From IMG/VR virus record IMGVR_UViG_3300009008_000003: a DNA stretch of 64,000 bases; one strand, 5' to 3'. Of the stretch, positions 19,221 through 29,665 are shown piece by piece. The translations under genes and the position numbers were made by a program. Numbering within the stretch: the first letter of the stretch is position 1; the number at the start of each line of letters is the position of its first letter. The notes under the pieces are model-generated. The model was not told where the DNA came from and made no database searches. It saw only the letters and a program-made list of their open reading frames with translations. The DNA comes from a virus.

Positions 19221-19652
19221 TTACCTTTTAAAATTATCGTGCTTGCAGGCAATGGCTACTTTGTATCCATTATCTTTGGGCCAGGTTGATATTTTCGTGC
19301 CCACTAATTTAGCAGGCGTACTTACACTTACAAAATTTAATAGCTGAACTAGCGTACTTCGCGAGTCTAGCTTCCCTTCTGGGTCTCTGGATATCCATAA
19401 TCCTTTGTGAGTCGGCTCTTGTGTTTTATAGTCTATTACCCATGCTTCGTCTATCTGGTAATCAATACCGCCAACATCAGAGCAAGTTAAAACTACTTTT
19501 GTTGCGTTTTTACTACTGCCGGCGGTTTGTACTATTTTTGTATCAACTGCAATTATTTCTAGGTCTTTCTTTGGAGAACCAATTTCAGTATCTAGTATTC
19601 CCATGTATGTCTCCTTAATTTTTATTATCTGTGCTGCCGAAGCCGCCTGCAC
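19221..19652 (-). CDS. Hypothetical protein (beta-rich, OB-like)
   Basis: Intact ORF; true start probably MGILD near 19604. Confidence 0.5.
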   Translation of the reverse strand: MQAASAAQIIKIKETYMGILDTEIGSPKKDLEIIAVDTKIVQTAGSSKNATKVVLTCSDVGGIDYQIDEAWVIDYKTQEPTHKGLWISRDPEGKLDSRSTLVQLLNFVSVSTPAKLVGTKISTWPKDNGYKVAIACKHDNFKR

Positions 19653-20100
19653 CGCGTTCTGTTTCTGTTAATTTTTCTGTCCATTCGAATTTTGCATCTA
19701 TTCTATGGTGCAGCACAAATTGTGCTATTTTTTCTCCAAGGTCTATGTCTATGGGGGTTGCCCCGTGGTTTGCTAAAACTACGCTGACTTCTCCTCTATA
19801 GTCTGGGTCTATAACCCCAGCTTTTATAAAAATATTTTCTCGAACTGCTAACCCGCTTCGTTCAGATATTTGAACGTAATAATCATGTGGTATTTCTAGC
19901 GATATACCAAGAGGAGCTTTCTTTTTACTATATCCTGGTATTCTAAAACTAGTTGTGGAAAATACGTCGAAGCCTACGGCGGTTGGGGTTGCTTGCAGGG
20001 GTAGCTGTGCCCTGGGATTATTTTTTAAAACTTTAACCTTGAGTGGTTTTAGACTTATCCCTTTGCTCGTCATATTTGTCGATTGCTTCGTTTCTTTCAT
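19615..20100 (-). CDS. dut: dUTPase (trimeric)
   Basis: AVGFDV, RSGLA, GVIDPDYRGEV, IAQ, TERGAGGFGSTD. Confidence 0.95.
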   Translation of the reverse strand: MKETKQSTNMTSKGISLKPLKVKVLKNNPRAQLPLQATPTAVGFDVFSTTSFRIPGYSKKKAPLGISLEIPHDYYVQISERSGLAVRENIFIKAGVIDPDYRGEVSVVLANHGATPIDIDLGEKIAQFVLHHRIDAKFEWTEKLTETERGAGGFGSTDNKN

Positions 20101-20365
20101 CCATTTCCTTATCTGTTATTAATTTATTTGTGCTTTTTATACTTTTTATGTCTATCAGCGTTTCTGCGTAGACTATTAACTTTTCTCCTGGTGATACGAA
20201 ACCACTCTGAGCATATTCTAGTTTTTTTGTAGGTAAAGGAAAGATATTGATGAACCTGGATAACCCCTGCTCGTCATTGTAAATTTCTCCCATTAAACCT
20301 ATATAACTTATACCATAATCTGTGTAAATTGACACAGGGGTATCCTTTGAAAACATATAAATCAT
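20033..20365 (-). CDS. Hypothetical protein
   Basis: Intact ORF coupled to recU. Confidence 0.5.
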   Translation of the reverse strand: MIYMFSKDTPVSIYTDYGISYIGLMGEIYNDEQGLSRFINIFPLPTKKLEYAQSGFVSPGEKLIVYAETLIDIKSIKSTNKLITDKEMDERNEAIDKYDEQRDKSKTTQG

Positions 20366-20838
20366 TATAATAATCCTAAGTAATCTTCTAACGAAACTAA
20401 CCAGTCATCGTTGAATTCGTGTATTGGAATGCTTTTTCTTCCTTCATCATCGTAGGCTTTGTCCCAGTAATCGCATATAAGGCTCATAGGAGCCCTGTGA
20501 GCGTGTCTTTCATATAAACTGTAAAAGTGTACTAGAAAAAACCCATCGCCTCCTAGAGCGTCCCACAGGCGCAAAAATTCGACCTGGTGTTGCTTAAAGT
20601 AACTAAGCGGAAGAGACGTTTCAGATTTGCATTCTTTGGCGTCAAAGGCAATGGCTTTACCCCCGGATAAAACACCTATAAAATCCACTGTGCTCAACTG
20701 CGGAATCAAACCAGCTTTGGTTGGTACAATGGGTGTTTCTATCTTCTGGATCTGTGCTAATCGTTTCTTCCGGTATTCACGGTTGCACTTTTGTACTGCT
20801 TTTTCAAGCGTTTTACCTTTGGGGGTTTTTTTAGCCAT
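20365..20838 (-). CDS. recU: Holliday junction resolvase RecU
   Basis: STVDFIG, AIAFDAKE, F.QHQVEFL, GGDGFFLVHF. Confidence 0.9.
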   Translation of the reverse strand: MAKKTPKGKTLEKAVQKCNREYRKKRLAQIQKIETPIVPTKAGLIPQLSTVDFIGVLSGGKAIAFDAKECKSETSLPLSYFKQHQVEFLRLWDALGGDGFFLVHFYSLYERHAHRAPMSLICDYWDKAYDDEGRKSIPIHEFNDDWLVSLEDYLGLL

Positions 20839-21607
20839 TTTTATAAAATTTCCTAAAATCTCTTATTTTAATTAGTGGAGATTCTTCTATGAGTTTTGGG
20901 TGATTATTTGTGTACACAAATAGATCTCCATTGTCCGTTTTCATTCCGCCCTTAATGAACATATCGAAGTTATAGTTGTCTTCTAAATAAGAATCGAGCC
21001 ACTTTATTTTGTTTTTTTGTGGTGAATTATATTCTGTGCTCCAGAAATCCCTTTTCATGTACGGGTTCTGCAGCATGCTATAATGAAACATACCATGACC
21101 ATCGATGTGGTAAGGGTTTCGACCTGGCCAATTATTAGTAGGAGTAAATTTATGAGCGGTGTTTTCTATTCTCCATAATCTCATTCTATTGCTTTTTAGA
21201 TAGCGAGTCATATTAACGAAAAAGAACTTTTCGTTAGTTTCAATTGCGTTATATTTTCCTGATTCGATGATTTTCTTTATTCTTAAAATTTCATCATCAA
21301 AATAGAATTCGTCTGCGTCTAGTAACCATATCCAATTTCCTTCTTCATATAACTCACTATATTGCAGCATAGAATTCATAGTAGCTGCTTTTGTGGTACT
21401 ATGGTTATTTTTAAATACTACATCCACTAAAGACACCGGGTAGTTTTTGCATAAGTCCAATGTACCGTCTTCGAATTTTTCCAAAGAGATGCTATGCGCT
21501 CCCACAGATACTAACACTTCATCGCACATGCTAATGGCTTGTTTAAGAGCCACTTCGATCCAATGTTCACAGCCCCAGGCGGTCATTATACCAATTATTT
21601 TATTCAT
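20831..21607 (-). CDS. Glycosyltransferase family 2-like
   Basis: CDEVLVSVG, WIWLLDADEF. Confidence 0.7.
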   Translation of the reverse strand: MNKIIGIMTAWGCEHWIEVALKQAISMCDEVLVSVGAHSISLEKFEDGTLDLCKNYPVSLVDVVFKNNHSTTKAATMNSMLQYSELYEEGNWIWLLDADEFYFDDEILRIKKIIESGKYNAIETNEKFFFVNMTRYLKSNRMRLWRIENTAHKFTPTNNWPGRNPYHIDGHGMFHYSMLQNPYMKRDFWSTEYNSPQKNKIKWLDSYLEDNYNFDMFIKGGMKTDNGDLFVYTNNHPKLIEESPLIKIRDFRKFYKNG

Positions 21608-22382
21608 TTATTAGTAATTTTTTTATTTTTTCTTTATTTAAATTGAAATACACGTTATTAATTTTATCATAGGTGAAAGCTTCTTCTATCACTTTTTCGA
21701 TGTCTATAATATTTTTTAAATCTTTGATATCGTCTTGTTCAAACAGGTGATTGGTTGTTATCTGGGTTATGGGCTTTAGTTTCGAGATTAAAAAGCCTAA
21801 AGCAGCTCCGTGGCTAATTCCATAAAAACCTGTTATTGGGTAGGATAGCGCGTGTAATAGATTGGTACCTGTTATCTCTATGGCCCCGCCTGCTAAAATT
21901 CCAGCGCCTACAATAAGTATATTAGTAGGGTAACCGGTAAGAAGACTCATTGCATCGGTCGCTTGTATAGCGCTATGATTAGTGATATTTTTAGAAAGTA
22001 AGCTATCTATACAATGGGCTATTATATCAAATTTTGTATCCGCCCATACCTGATATGGTACAGTTTTTAAATAGTTTTCAATTATTTCTACTGTTTTTGG
22101 TCTGTGTCTTTTTATGCTATGTTTTCTATGTTTATCCCAGTACACCGCCCAGGAAGTAGAACTTGCGCCTGCTCCGGTAGTAGGGTAACAAGTGATGGGA
22201 TTCTTTGCCAATATTTTGGCGGTATCTATAACTGCCCCACCCCCGACAGCAACTACGTCTTCTTCGCTGTCAATCTCTGCCAAAAGAGAAATATCTGGAG
22301 CTTCTGTTACTATTCGTGCGCGGTCGTATTCAGGTAGTAAATCTCTGGTAGATTTAGAACATACGAGTAATGTATTATTCAT
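21600..22382 (-). CDS. Iron-type alcohol dehydrogenase, probable phosphonoacetaldehyde reductase
   Basis: VGGGAVIDTAK, PTTGAGASST, metal ligands D..H / H.L.Y / HG; directly downstream of Ppd. Confidence 0.8.
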   Translation of the reverse strand: MNNTLLVCSKSTRDLLPEYDRARIVTEAPDISLLAEIDSEEDVVAVGGGAVIDTAKILAKNPITCYPTTGAGASSTSWAVYWDKHRKHSIKRHRPKTVEIIENYLKTVPYQVWADTKFDIIAHCIDSLLSKNITNHSAIQATDAMSLLTGYPTNILIVGAGILAGGAIEITGTNLLHALSYPITGFYGISHGAALGFLISKLKPITQITTNHLFEQDDIKDLKNIIDIEKVIEEAFTYDKINNVYFNLNKEKIKKLLINE

Positions 22383-22839
22383 TTAATTCCCTTTTTATTA
22401 TTACAGCATTTGTGGCGCCTTCAAGAAGTACACGGGCTTTTTTGCCTTCTTTGTTTATTTTTATTATGGAAGTAATCCCAGGATAGGTTCCTTCTAAAGG
22501 AGCACATGCGTAGCCACCTACAGATTCATGGCACCCGTTATCTAGAATATATACAAACAAATTATCCGGAGCCTCGTCTCGTATCGTGTGGGTTATTCCT
22601 AAATGCATAAGCAGGGCGGCATCTCCGCTTATTACTACTACGGGCTTGTTTGTGTTGAGGGCCATACCCAAACCTATACAAGGAGCCAGTCCCATACTGC
22701 CCTGCATGTAGAATATGTTTTTGTTGTGCGGGTACTTATCGTACATCGCCCTTGATATATAGCCCGTGCTAGTGATGTAAATAGCTTTATCCCCGTGTGT
22801 AGAATAAATATGAGTTAATGCTCGATCTCTACTTAGCAT
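22375..22839 (-). CDS. ppd: Phosphonopyruvate decarboxylase, beta (TPP-binding) subunit
   Basis: STGYISR, FYMQGSMG, SGDAALLMHLG...DNGCHESVGG. Confidence 0.85.
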   Translation of the reverse strand: MLSRDRALTHIYSTHGDKAIYITSTGYISRAMYDKYPHNKNIFYMQGSMGLAPCIGLGMALNTNKPVVVISGDAALLMHLGITHTIRDEAPDNLFVYILDNGCHESVGGYACAPLEGTYPGITSIIKINKEGKKARVLLEGATNAVIIKRELNE

Positions 22840-23218
22840 TATTACTACCTTTCACAATAATGTAATTATCGTAATTAATTAGTGTAAGTAAGGACTCATC
22901 TACTTTGCCCATAACCGCATGCTGGGGGAGAGAATGTCGATGTCCGATTATTAGTAATGGTTTTATATTATGAGGTATACATAAGCTTGTTAGCGGGTTT
23001 ATTGTGTTGCCCAAGCCGGAATTTTGCAGGTATACGCAGCTTTTCTTCCCAGCCAACTCAGCCCCAAAAGCAATGCCTATGGCTTGTCCTTCATTAGCGG
23101 CTATTATGTGTTTTATTTCGCTGTCTATTATTTCGTCTATAAGAGGCTTTAGCCCGCTGTCCGGAACACCTACAAAGAAATTATAGCCCCTGTCAAGTAA
23201 ATGTTGTAATTTAATCAT
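22829..23218 (-). CDS. ppd: Phosphonopyruvate decarboxylase, alpha subunit
   Basis: [34 protein letters not shown]. Confidence 0.85.
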   Translation of the reverse strand: MIKLQHLLDRGYNFFVGVPDSGLKPLIDEIIDSEIKHIIAANEGQAIGIAFGAELAGKKSCVYLQNSGLGNTINPLTSLCIPHNIKPLLIIGHRHSLPQHAVMGKVDESLLTLINYDNYIIVKGSNNAK

Positions 23219-24494
23219 GAGGTATTAACTTTAATATTTCTTTAATTGGTAAGCAAAGATTATTAGCTTCCCAAGATCTTTTATGTTTTAGTATAGAAGT
23301 TGCTGTAGTTAGCATAGCGGGGTATGAGCTACGCAATAAATGATTAGCATATATAACTATATCTACGCCCATGCTAATTAGCTCTTCTTCAGTAATAGTG
23401 TTATAGGTAGAAGGGACTACTACTAAGGGTACTTTTATTTTAAGCTTCTTGTACTCGTTACAAAATGCTTGGATTTCATCGGGTTTGGGGCTCTTGCTGT
23501 GTATCATAATACCATCGGCTCCGGCCTTGATATAAGCTTTAGCTCTTTTTACGGCGTCTTTTAGTCCTTTGCCCAATATAAAACTTTCTATTCGAGCTAT
23601 TATCATAAAATCTTTTGTGATTAATGACTTTTTACCTTCTAGTATTTTATAGCTAAACTCTTTTATGGTATCTTGTTTCTGCGAAGACGTGTCGGCATGT
23701 AGAGAATTTCGTTTATTACCTATTTTATCTTCTATTATAACTGCGGAAACTCCTAGCCTTTCTAAGTGCCTAACAGTAAATTTAAAATGTTCTACAAGAC
23801 CTCCGTTGTCTGCATCTACTATCATAGGCTTTGTAGTTACGTTAAAGATTTCATTTAGGGTTTGATTGATGGTAGTTATATCTACATATTGGATATCTGG
23901 TTTACCTTTTGACGTAGAATGAGTTAAGCTGCTTAGCCACATTCCGTCAAATTCACTTCGTTCATGCTGTACCTTTTCGACTATTAGGCCAGTTAACCCG
24001 TTATGTACTTCTAATATTTTAACAATAGGCTTTGCTTCGATTAGTCTTTTAAGAGTTTTTATTCTGACATTGGGAGTTATGCCGAGGTCCTTTTCATAGT
24101 TTTGTAATTTTGTAGATGATATATCTGAGGTATATGGTACATCTATAACCTGGCCGCCCCATTCGCTTAGTTTGTCTATAACAGCTTGTCTGGTTTGTTT
24201 TTGTACTCCTTTTTTCCAATCATCTCCGTGTACGACATAATCTGGTTTTAATAGTTCTAAATTTGGTATATAATCCAGGGTAGTTTGCGGCACTACCTTA
24301 TCTATGCCTTTAATATTTTCTACTACTGTTTTGCGCTGCTCATAGTTCAGCACGGGTAGTCTTTTGTAGCTAGCAATAGCTGCGTCGGTTAGTAATCCTA
24401 TGGTAACACTGCCATGCTGCCTGGCTACTTTAATAATATTTAGGTGTCCGTGGTGTATTATATCCGCACACATCCCAATGTATACAGTTTTCAT
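23211..24494 (-). CDS. pepM: Cytidylyltransferase-phosphoenolpyruvate mutase fusion
   Basis: N-term HxGH (DIIHHGH) CTP-transferase; PepM-diagnostic EDK-X5-NS ([10 protein letters not shown]), D.DNGG, IARIES, VIYAN. Confidence 0.92.
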   Translation of the reverse strand: MKTVYIGMCADIIHHGHLNIIKVARQHGSVTIGLLTDAAIASYKRLPVLNYEQRKTVVENIKGIDKVVPQTTLDYIPNLELLKPDYVVHGDDWKKGVQKQTRQAVIDKLSEWGGQVIDVPYTSDISSTKLQNYEKDLGITPNVRIKTLKRLIEAKPIVKILEVHNGLTGLIVEKVQHERSEFDGMWLSSLTHSTSKGKPDIQYVDITTINQTLNEIFNVTTKPMIVDADNGGLVEHFKFTVRHLERLGVSAVIIEDKIGNKRNSLHADTSSQKQDTIKEFSYKILEGKKSLITKDFMIIARIESFILGKGLKDAVKRAKAYIKAGADGIMIHSKSPKPDEIQAFCNEYKKLKIKVPLVVVPSTYNTITEEELISMGVDIVIYANHLLRSSYPAMLTTATSILKHKRSWEANNLCLPIKEILKLIPHD

Positions 24495-24495
24495 A

Positions 24496-25542
24496 TTAAT
24501 CTACATAATTTAAGTCGTGTTCTAATAAGTTATCTATAACGGCTAATATGCGGCTAGCGCAAGCTCTTCCAGTATAATCTATATATTTAGTAGTAACTCT
24601 TTTTCTTTCTTCTCTATAACCGTCATCAGTACTTGCCTTGTCAATGGCGGGTAACAAATCTTGAAATTCGCTTATAATTTTACCTGCACGGTCTTCTAGT
24701 TCCCAGGCTACTCCCCTTGCAGGAAGCGTTTTAGTTTTAAAGGGGGCAAGTCCTAGATGAATTACAGGTTTATCCATAAGATAGAAATAGCTATTAACGC
24801 TGGATAAATCGCCTATTAACATGTCTGAATATCTAAAATATGGAAACCCATAGCGGTCATCGTTTACATGATGTGCGTATACATTGTAAGCCTTAAAGAT
24901 ATCCTTGTACACAGATACCCAGTTTTTTGTGTATCTATGCGACTCGTGTAAACGTATTACAAAATTAGCGTCGTGTTTATTTACTACGTGATTACAAAGG
25001 ATTTCTACACGTTCCTTTTCTTTTCCGTCTTCCCACCAATCTACAAACAGACCTCTTTCTTGCTCTTGGTTCCACGTAGGCGCGTACAGAATAGTCTTTT
25101 TGTCTGGGGCTAGCCCCCGATCACTTAAGAATTGATTTTTAAGTGACACATCTTCATGCTTTAGCAAATCTATGGATAGAGGCATGCCAATTACTATTAC
25201 ATCATTATAACCTATTTTAGCATATTCTTTCTTCATATACTCGCCGTATACCAATAGGTATCTTTGGCATTTCTTTTCATTTTGTACCTGGGCTTTTTGA
25301 TCTTGATTTTTTAGCCAACCGATTCCGCCAAAACCATGGCCTACATGGAGTACTTTATTTACTGGGTAGGGACCAGGAGTTAGATGTGAGGTTATTATAA
25401 GATCTGCGCCTTCTCCTGACCCTTGCTTTTCTTTTGTCCTGACATCGTGCCAGGTTATTTTATATCTACTCGCTTCGCCCAATAGGTTTTTAATTGAATA
25501 TGCATCCCCCATTTTAGAGGCATAAAAGTGTATGTGTTTCAT
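24496..25542 (-). CDS. CDP-glycerol:glycerophosphotransferase (TagF/TagB)-like protein
   Basis: [34 protein letters not shown]. Confidence 0.8.
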   Translation of the reverse strand: MKHIHFYASKMGDAYSIKNLLGEASRYKITWHDVRTKEKQGSGEGADLIITSHLTPGPYPVNKVLHVGHGFGGIGWLKNQDQKAQVQNEKKCQRYLLVYGEYMKKEYAKIGYNDVIVIGMPLSIDLLKHEDVSLKNQFLSDRGLAPDKKTILYAPTWNQEQERGLFVDWWEDGKEKERVEILCNHVVNKHDANFVIRLHESHRYTKNWVSVYKDIFKAYNVYAHHVNDDRYGFPYFRYSDMLIGDLSSVNSYFYLMDKPVIHLGLAPFKTKTLPARGVAWELEDRAGKIISEFQDLLPAIDKASTDDGYREERKRVTTKYIDYTGRACASRILAVIDNLLEHDLNYVD

Positions 25543-26258
25543 AGCTTTATCTCATCTAAATCAGTTATAAAGTCAACATACCAATCTGGGTGATATCTTT
25601 TTTCCCAGTTAGGTTCTTTTGTAGAGTATATTTTTTTGCGCGACAGCCCCGCTACGTATACTATAAATCCTGGATGTCCAATAATTATTTTGGCATTATG
25701 AATTAGAGACATAGCCTGTGGTATTGAAGTAGTGTTCATGTAATTAAAGCAATTCTCTATATTAAACGCAGGCAAATCTCCGGGCTCGCATGTTCCAACT
25801 AGTCCTATTTTGTACTCTTTGTTATGTTTGTTTATAAAATTCTTAATAGAGTTTACGCTGAATCTTCGAGTACTATTTCTGCCTGCGTATGGAGAAATTA
25901 TTATGTCAATATCTGTTAATCCCTTATCATTGTTTTTCACATTTACTATGCTATCAACAAAAGGGTCTGTTTCCCAAGATATGGGGTCGCCTTCGCTTTC
26001 TGCTCGCCACCCCGGGCCTATCTGGTAATCAGCTATATTTGTATAATTTTCTATGTCTGCATCAGTAGTAACTGGAACAACTAAGTGATTTATTTCGTGA
26101 TACAGGTAAAAAGCATTTATAGCGGGCAGCAGTTTTAAAGGGCGCATTGTGTGCGTCAACAAAACGTCTTTCTTTTTGACCGGAGAATTTTTAGAGTATA
26201 ATTTTGCTACCATCATAGCCGCGTCTCCAAGACCTCCTCCTCCCCATATATTAGTCAT
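25539..26258 (-). CDS. Glycosyltransferase family 9-like
   Basis: GGLGD start; NYMNTTSIPQAMSLIHNAKIIIG. Confidence 0.6.
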   Translation of the reverse strand: MTNIWGGGGLGDAAMMVAKLYSKNSPVKKKDVLLTHTMRPLKLLPAINAFYLYHEINHLVVPVTTDADIENYTNIADYQIGPGWRAESEGDPISWETDPFVDSIVNVKNNDKGLTDIDIIISPYAGRNSTRRFSVNSIKNFINKHNKEYKIGLVGTCEPGDLPAFNIENCFNYMNTTSIPQAMSLIHNAKIIIGHPGFIVYVAGLSRKKIYSTKEPNWEKRYHPDWYVDFITDLDEIKL

Positions 26259-26926
26259 CTATCTCTCTTTTCTTTAGTACAATCATAGTGTCGAGTCTAT
26301 CTATCTGTGTATACAGTGAGAAGATAGATTCCCCAAAATCAACTTCACCTCTTGTTTTATTTCCGTATGATTTTCTGAAAAAATCGTCTATAAATAAGAT
26401 ACCACTATCGTTCATAAATTCGTGTACCTTATAAGCACAGAAAGTACGTGCGCGCCCGTCTATTAATATCTTGTCGAATATCTTTACTCCTAAATCGTTA
26501 ATTTTGTTGACATAATCTCTATATTGCCAATATCTACAAATTGATGAATATGGTCCCTCTTTGGCGTATGGGTATTGATTCAGTATATCATTATATTCTT
26601 TTTTTTGGTATTGTCCAAATTCCATGTACCTTTTCATCAAATATTTCTTCTAATTTATTACCCGGGTCTATTTCTTTGCTGTACGCCTCTCCGCCATAGT
26701 TAGGCGATACGAAGTAATAATGTATATTTTGGCGTTTGCTTGTTTCAGGTACTAATTTATTGTACCATTCTTTTTCGTGCTCTATTGAATAATACTGTTT
26801 TGACCAGTTTGAAAATTGTAAGGTGCTTCCACCAGATCCGTATTCTAGCATAATGTCTTCAGGGGTTAAGTAATTTTCTATTCCGTTTACCTGTGCTTTA
26901 GACATGAATACTTGCATCTGTATCAC
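26251..26926 (-). pseudogene. SAM-dependent methyltransferase split across two frames (26591..26926 and 26251..26640)
   Basis: 5' ORF has LEYGSGGST..SIEH; 3' ORF has FDKILIDGRAR...FIDDF; the two overlap in different frames. Confidence 0.6.
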
Positions 26927-27626
26927 CCCATATTTTTTTATAATCTATTTTCATTTGTTCGTATCTATTATTAATATCTTTATCAAATACACCTTTACCT
27001 GCGTAATGAATTATGTATGAAGAAAACCTATCTTCTTTATTATTCCAGGACTCAGAAAACATGGTCATATGATTCCACATATAGGACAACTCTTTGATTC
27101 TGAATCCCTGATTGTGTATTTGATAGCCCAGTAGGGAACAGTCATAACCAGTGTTAAGCCACCATTCCCCATTTATTGGCTTAAAGATATTTCTATGCAT
27201 TTTTGAGGTCAAAAAAGTCCCAACGTTTGGGTAGCCATCGTGCCAATTTACTGACCCAAATTTGTTTTGAATATCGGTAATACGTCGTTTTCTATCTTCT
27301 TTTCTACTGCCAACATCTTCGTAAATTACGCCTATTTTATCTACTGGTACAAAGTCGAACGGGTTAGGACATTTATTTGTTATAATCATATCCGAGTCTA
27401 GATAAAGTACCCTATCGTAATGTTCATACAGATCATATATGTTTAATATCCTATAATGGTCTGTGTTGGCGTAGCCTGCCCCGTGTCTTTTACAACATTC
27501 CGACGGGTTCGATATCACTTCAAAATCTGCGTTCCACAAAGCTGCAAATTTTTTGAATAACGGATGCGTTATATCCGTAATAGGCTTTATAAATTCATCT
27601 GCTTGAGTAGTTACCAATAGCTTCAT
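26898..27626 (-). CDS. Glycosyltransferase family 8-like
   Basis: YDRVLYLDSDM, NVGTF, WNHM, IIHYAG. Confidence 0.75.
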   Translation of the reverse strand: MKLLVTTQADEFIKPITDITHPLFKKFAALWNADFEVISNPSECCKRHGAGYANTDHYRILNIYDLYEHYDRVLYLDSDMIITNKCPNPFDFVPVDKIGVIYEDVGSRKEDRKRRITDIQNKFGSVNWHDGYPNVGTFLTSKMHRNIFKPINGEWWLNTGYDCSLLGYQIHNQGFRIKELSYMWNHMTMFSESWNNKEDRFSSYIIHYAGKGVFDKDINNRYEQMKIDYKKIWGDTDASIHV

Positions 27627-28543
27627 ACTAGGTGAGGTTTTACATTATTTATAATATGAGTTATCTCGTCGTCACTTAGCTTCTCGTTGAACGGAATGCT
27701 TAGTGTTTGTTTTTCTGCTATTTCTGATTTCTCCAGAACGGTGTTCTGGGCGTAAACTGGGTGTTTGTGTAAGCATTTATAATGAAGACCGGTAGCGATA
27801 TCTCTGCTGTGCAGGTTTTTGCTGATTGTTTCATTATTTACTACATTAATTCTGTATAAATGGTTACTAGTATTATTACAACCGAAATTATAATTATAAT
27901 GTATTCTAATATCTTTTAACTTTTTTAATTTTAATTCATAGGTTCTAAAATTATTGAGTATAACAACGGCCTGGACACTATTCATGTACATTTTCCAGCC
28001 GGGGAATTTTATATCCCTGTTCCACGAATTATGACCAGTACCCATGCCGTTGAAAACAGCCTCTCTAAACCAGTTAATTTTTTCTTTATCATTGCTAACC
28101 ACGAGTCCTCCGTCTATACCGGCAAGCGGCTTAGTCGGGTAAAAGCTAAAGATCATTAGGTCGTGTGCGTTAGCTTCCTGGGCAAATTGATTGTGTTCTA
28201 GCTTTTGAGCAGAGTCTATTATTTTATAGTCTCCGAAATTGTGAAGTGTGTAGGATCCTCCTACCCAATTTATATCATCTATAAAATTGACTTTGTTACC
28301 GGAAGTTATTATGGCGTTGGCTACTACCGGCGGCAGTAAGGACGGGGCATTTATAACTAAATCTTTATTTCTTACCAAGGCTAAGAAAATAGCGCTCGTA
28401 GCACTGTTTACAGCGCAAGCATATTTAGCCCCCACGTATCGTGCCAACAGGGTTTCAACTAACCCTACTCTCGGATCGTGAAGCATGTGCGAAAACGAGC
28501 TAGTGTCTATTATATGATTTTCTATATGAAATAGCTTTATCAT
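27623..28543 (-). CDS. DegT/DnrJ/EryC1 sugar aminotransferase
   Basis: AVNSATSAI, IIDSAQ, FSFYPTKPL..DGG. Confidence 0.85.
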   Translation of the reverse strand: MIKLFHIENHIIDTSSFSHMLHDPRVGLVETLLARYVGAKYACAVNSATSAIFLALVRNKDLVINAPSLLPPVVANAIITSGNKVNFIDDINWVGGSYTLHNFGDYKIIDSAQKLEHNQFAQEANAHDLMIFSFYPTKPLAGIDGGLVVSNDKEKINWFREAVFNGMGTGHNSWNRDIKFPGWKMYMNSVQAVVILNNFRTYELKLKKLKDIRIHYNYNFGCNNTSNHLYRINVVNNETISKNLHSRDIATGLHYKCLHKHPVYAQNTVLEKSEIAEKQTLSIPFNEKLSDDEITHIINNVKPHLV

Positions 28544-29292
28544 TTTCTGTAAATTTCTAAATATTTTATCGTATCACCTGACCCCCATTGGGGTATCTTG
28601 TCGACTAGTGTTAGCCCGAGTTCTTGTAAAACGATGCATAGATTATCATGATACTTAGCATTGGTATCCAAGGCTAATTTATAGTTATTGATGAATCTAG
28701 CGGTTAGTAGCAATATCCCATCGTTGTTTAAAGCATCAAATAAAAGATTAATTGTAGATATTAAATTAGGAACATGCTGCAGCACCTCAAAGCAGGTGAT
28801 GGCGTCATATTGTTCTAGTTTAGGTGATTCCCCAAATTCTATATCAATAGTATGTATGTCTAAATTTCTATTTGTAAACCGCCATTTTGCGAAATCAAAA
28901 GTTAGTCCTGGTATATCACAAGCACAGGCAGTTAGGCCCGCTTCGTTTTGTTTGATGCTGTCTTGCCCTATACCACACCCAAAATCTAATACGGTTTTAC
29001 AGTTATTTTCTATCAGCAGGTTCACACAACTTTGGACTAGACGTTTTTTCTTTTCGCCCGAATGATATTCTATACATTCTGGTATATAGTTTTCAGTGGT
29101 GCTATAAAAATTATATATTGATTTTAAATCGGAAGTGGATACAGTGTCTAGCCATTCTTTTTCAGTCAAATGCTGCCATTTAGTATAACCTTTATAATAG
29201 TTGTCTATTTTTTTAAAGCATTTTTCTAGATCATCTTCTGGTATCTTTAAAAATTTAGCAGCCTCTTGTAATAATTCATTATCTATTAGCAT
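28540..29292 (-). CDS. Class I SAM-dependent methyltransferase
   Basis: VLDFGCGIG, YDAITCFEVLQHV, L...GIL. Confidence 0.85.
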   Translation of the reverse strand: MLIDNELLQEAAKFLKIPEDDLEKCFKKIDNYYKGYTKWQHLTEKEWLDTVSTSDLKSIYNFYSTTENYIPECIEYHSGEKKKRLVQSCVNLLIENNCKTVLDFGCGIGQDSIKQNEAGLTACACDIPGLTFDFAKWRFTNRNLDIHTIDIEFGESPKLEQYDAITCFEVLQHVPNLISTINLLFDALNNDGILLLTARFINNYKLALDTNAKYHDNLCIVLQELGLTLVDKIPQWGSGDTIKYLEIYRK

Positions 29293-29665
29293 TTTTTATC
29301 CTTATGAATTCATCTTTATTTAGGATATAATCATTTATATCATACTCAGTCGAGCATATGGATAAGAGTACATCATTGCCGGTATGAAAAATTTGGGAAT
29401 CCCATATTAATTTATCTAAAAAGAAGCTATCCCCGGATTTTAGGAATTTGGAAACAGTATTTATGCCATCGAAGGCTATAACTTCTATAACACCTTGGAC
29501 GCATATTAACACTTGTTGGGTGTTATAATGCGCGTGGTTTCCTCTTTCCTGGCCCTGTGGCACGTTGTAAATATAGAAAAGTCTTTTAGGTATAAATGGT
29601 AAAGTTAATAAATTTACGGGCACTAAAGTGCCGTCAGCCGCTTCGAATTTATTTAGTGGTTTCAT
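29279..29665 (-). CDS. FdtA/QdtA-like cupin sugar 3,4-ketoisomerase
   Basis: F.PKRLFYIYNVP...ERG.HAH...Q.LIC.QG. Confidence 0.9.
   Translation of the reverse strand: MKPLNKFEAADGTLVPVNLLTLPFIPKRLFYIYNVPQGQERGNHAHYNTQQVLICVQGVIEVIAFDGINTVSKFLKSGDSFFLDKLIWDSQIFHTGNDVLLSICSTEYDINDYILNKDEFIRIKNANR

Noticed and set aside
22375-23218. Decarboxylase pair as ComD/ComE of coenzyme M synthesis
   Set aside because: It is directly coupled to a PepM with the EDK-X5-NS motif and no other com genes are present, so Ppd is the simpler assignment
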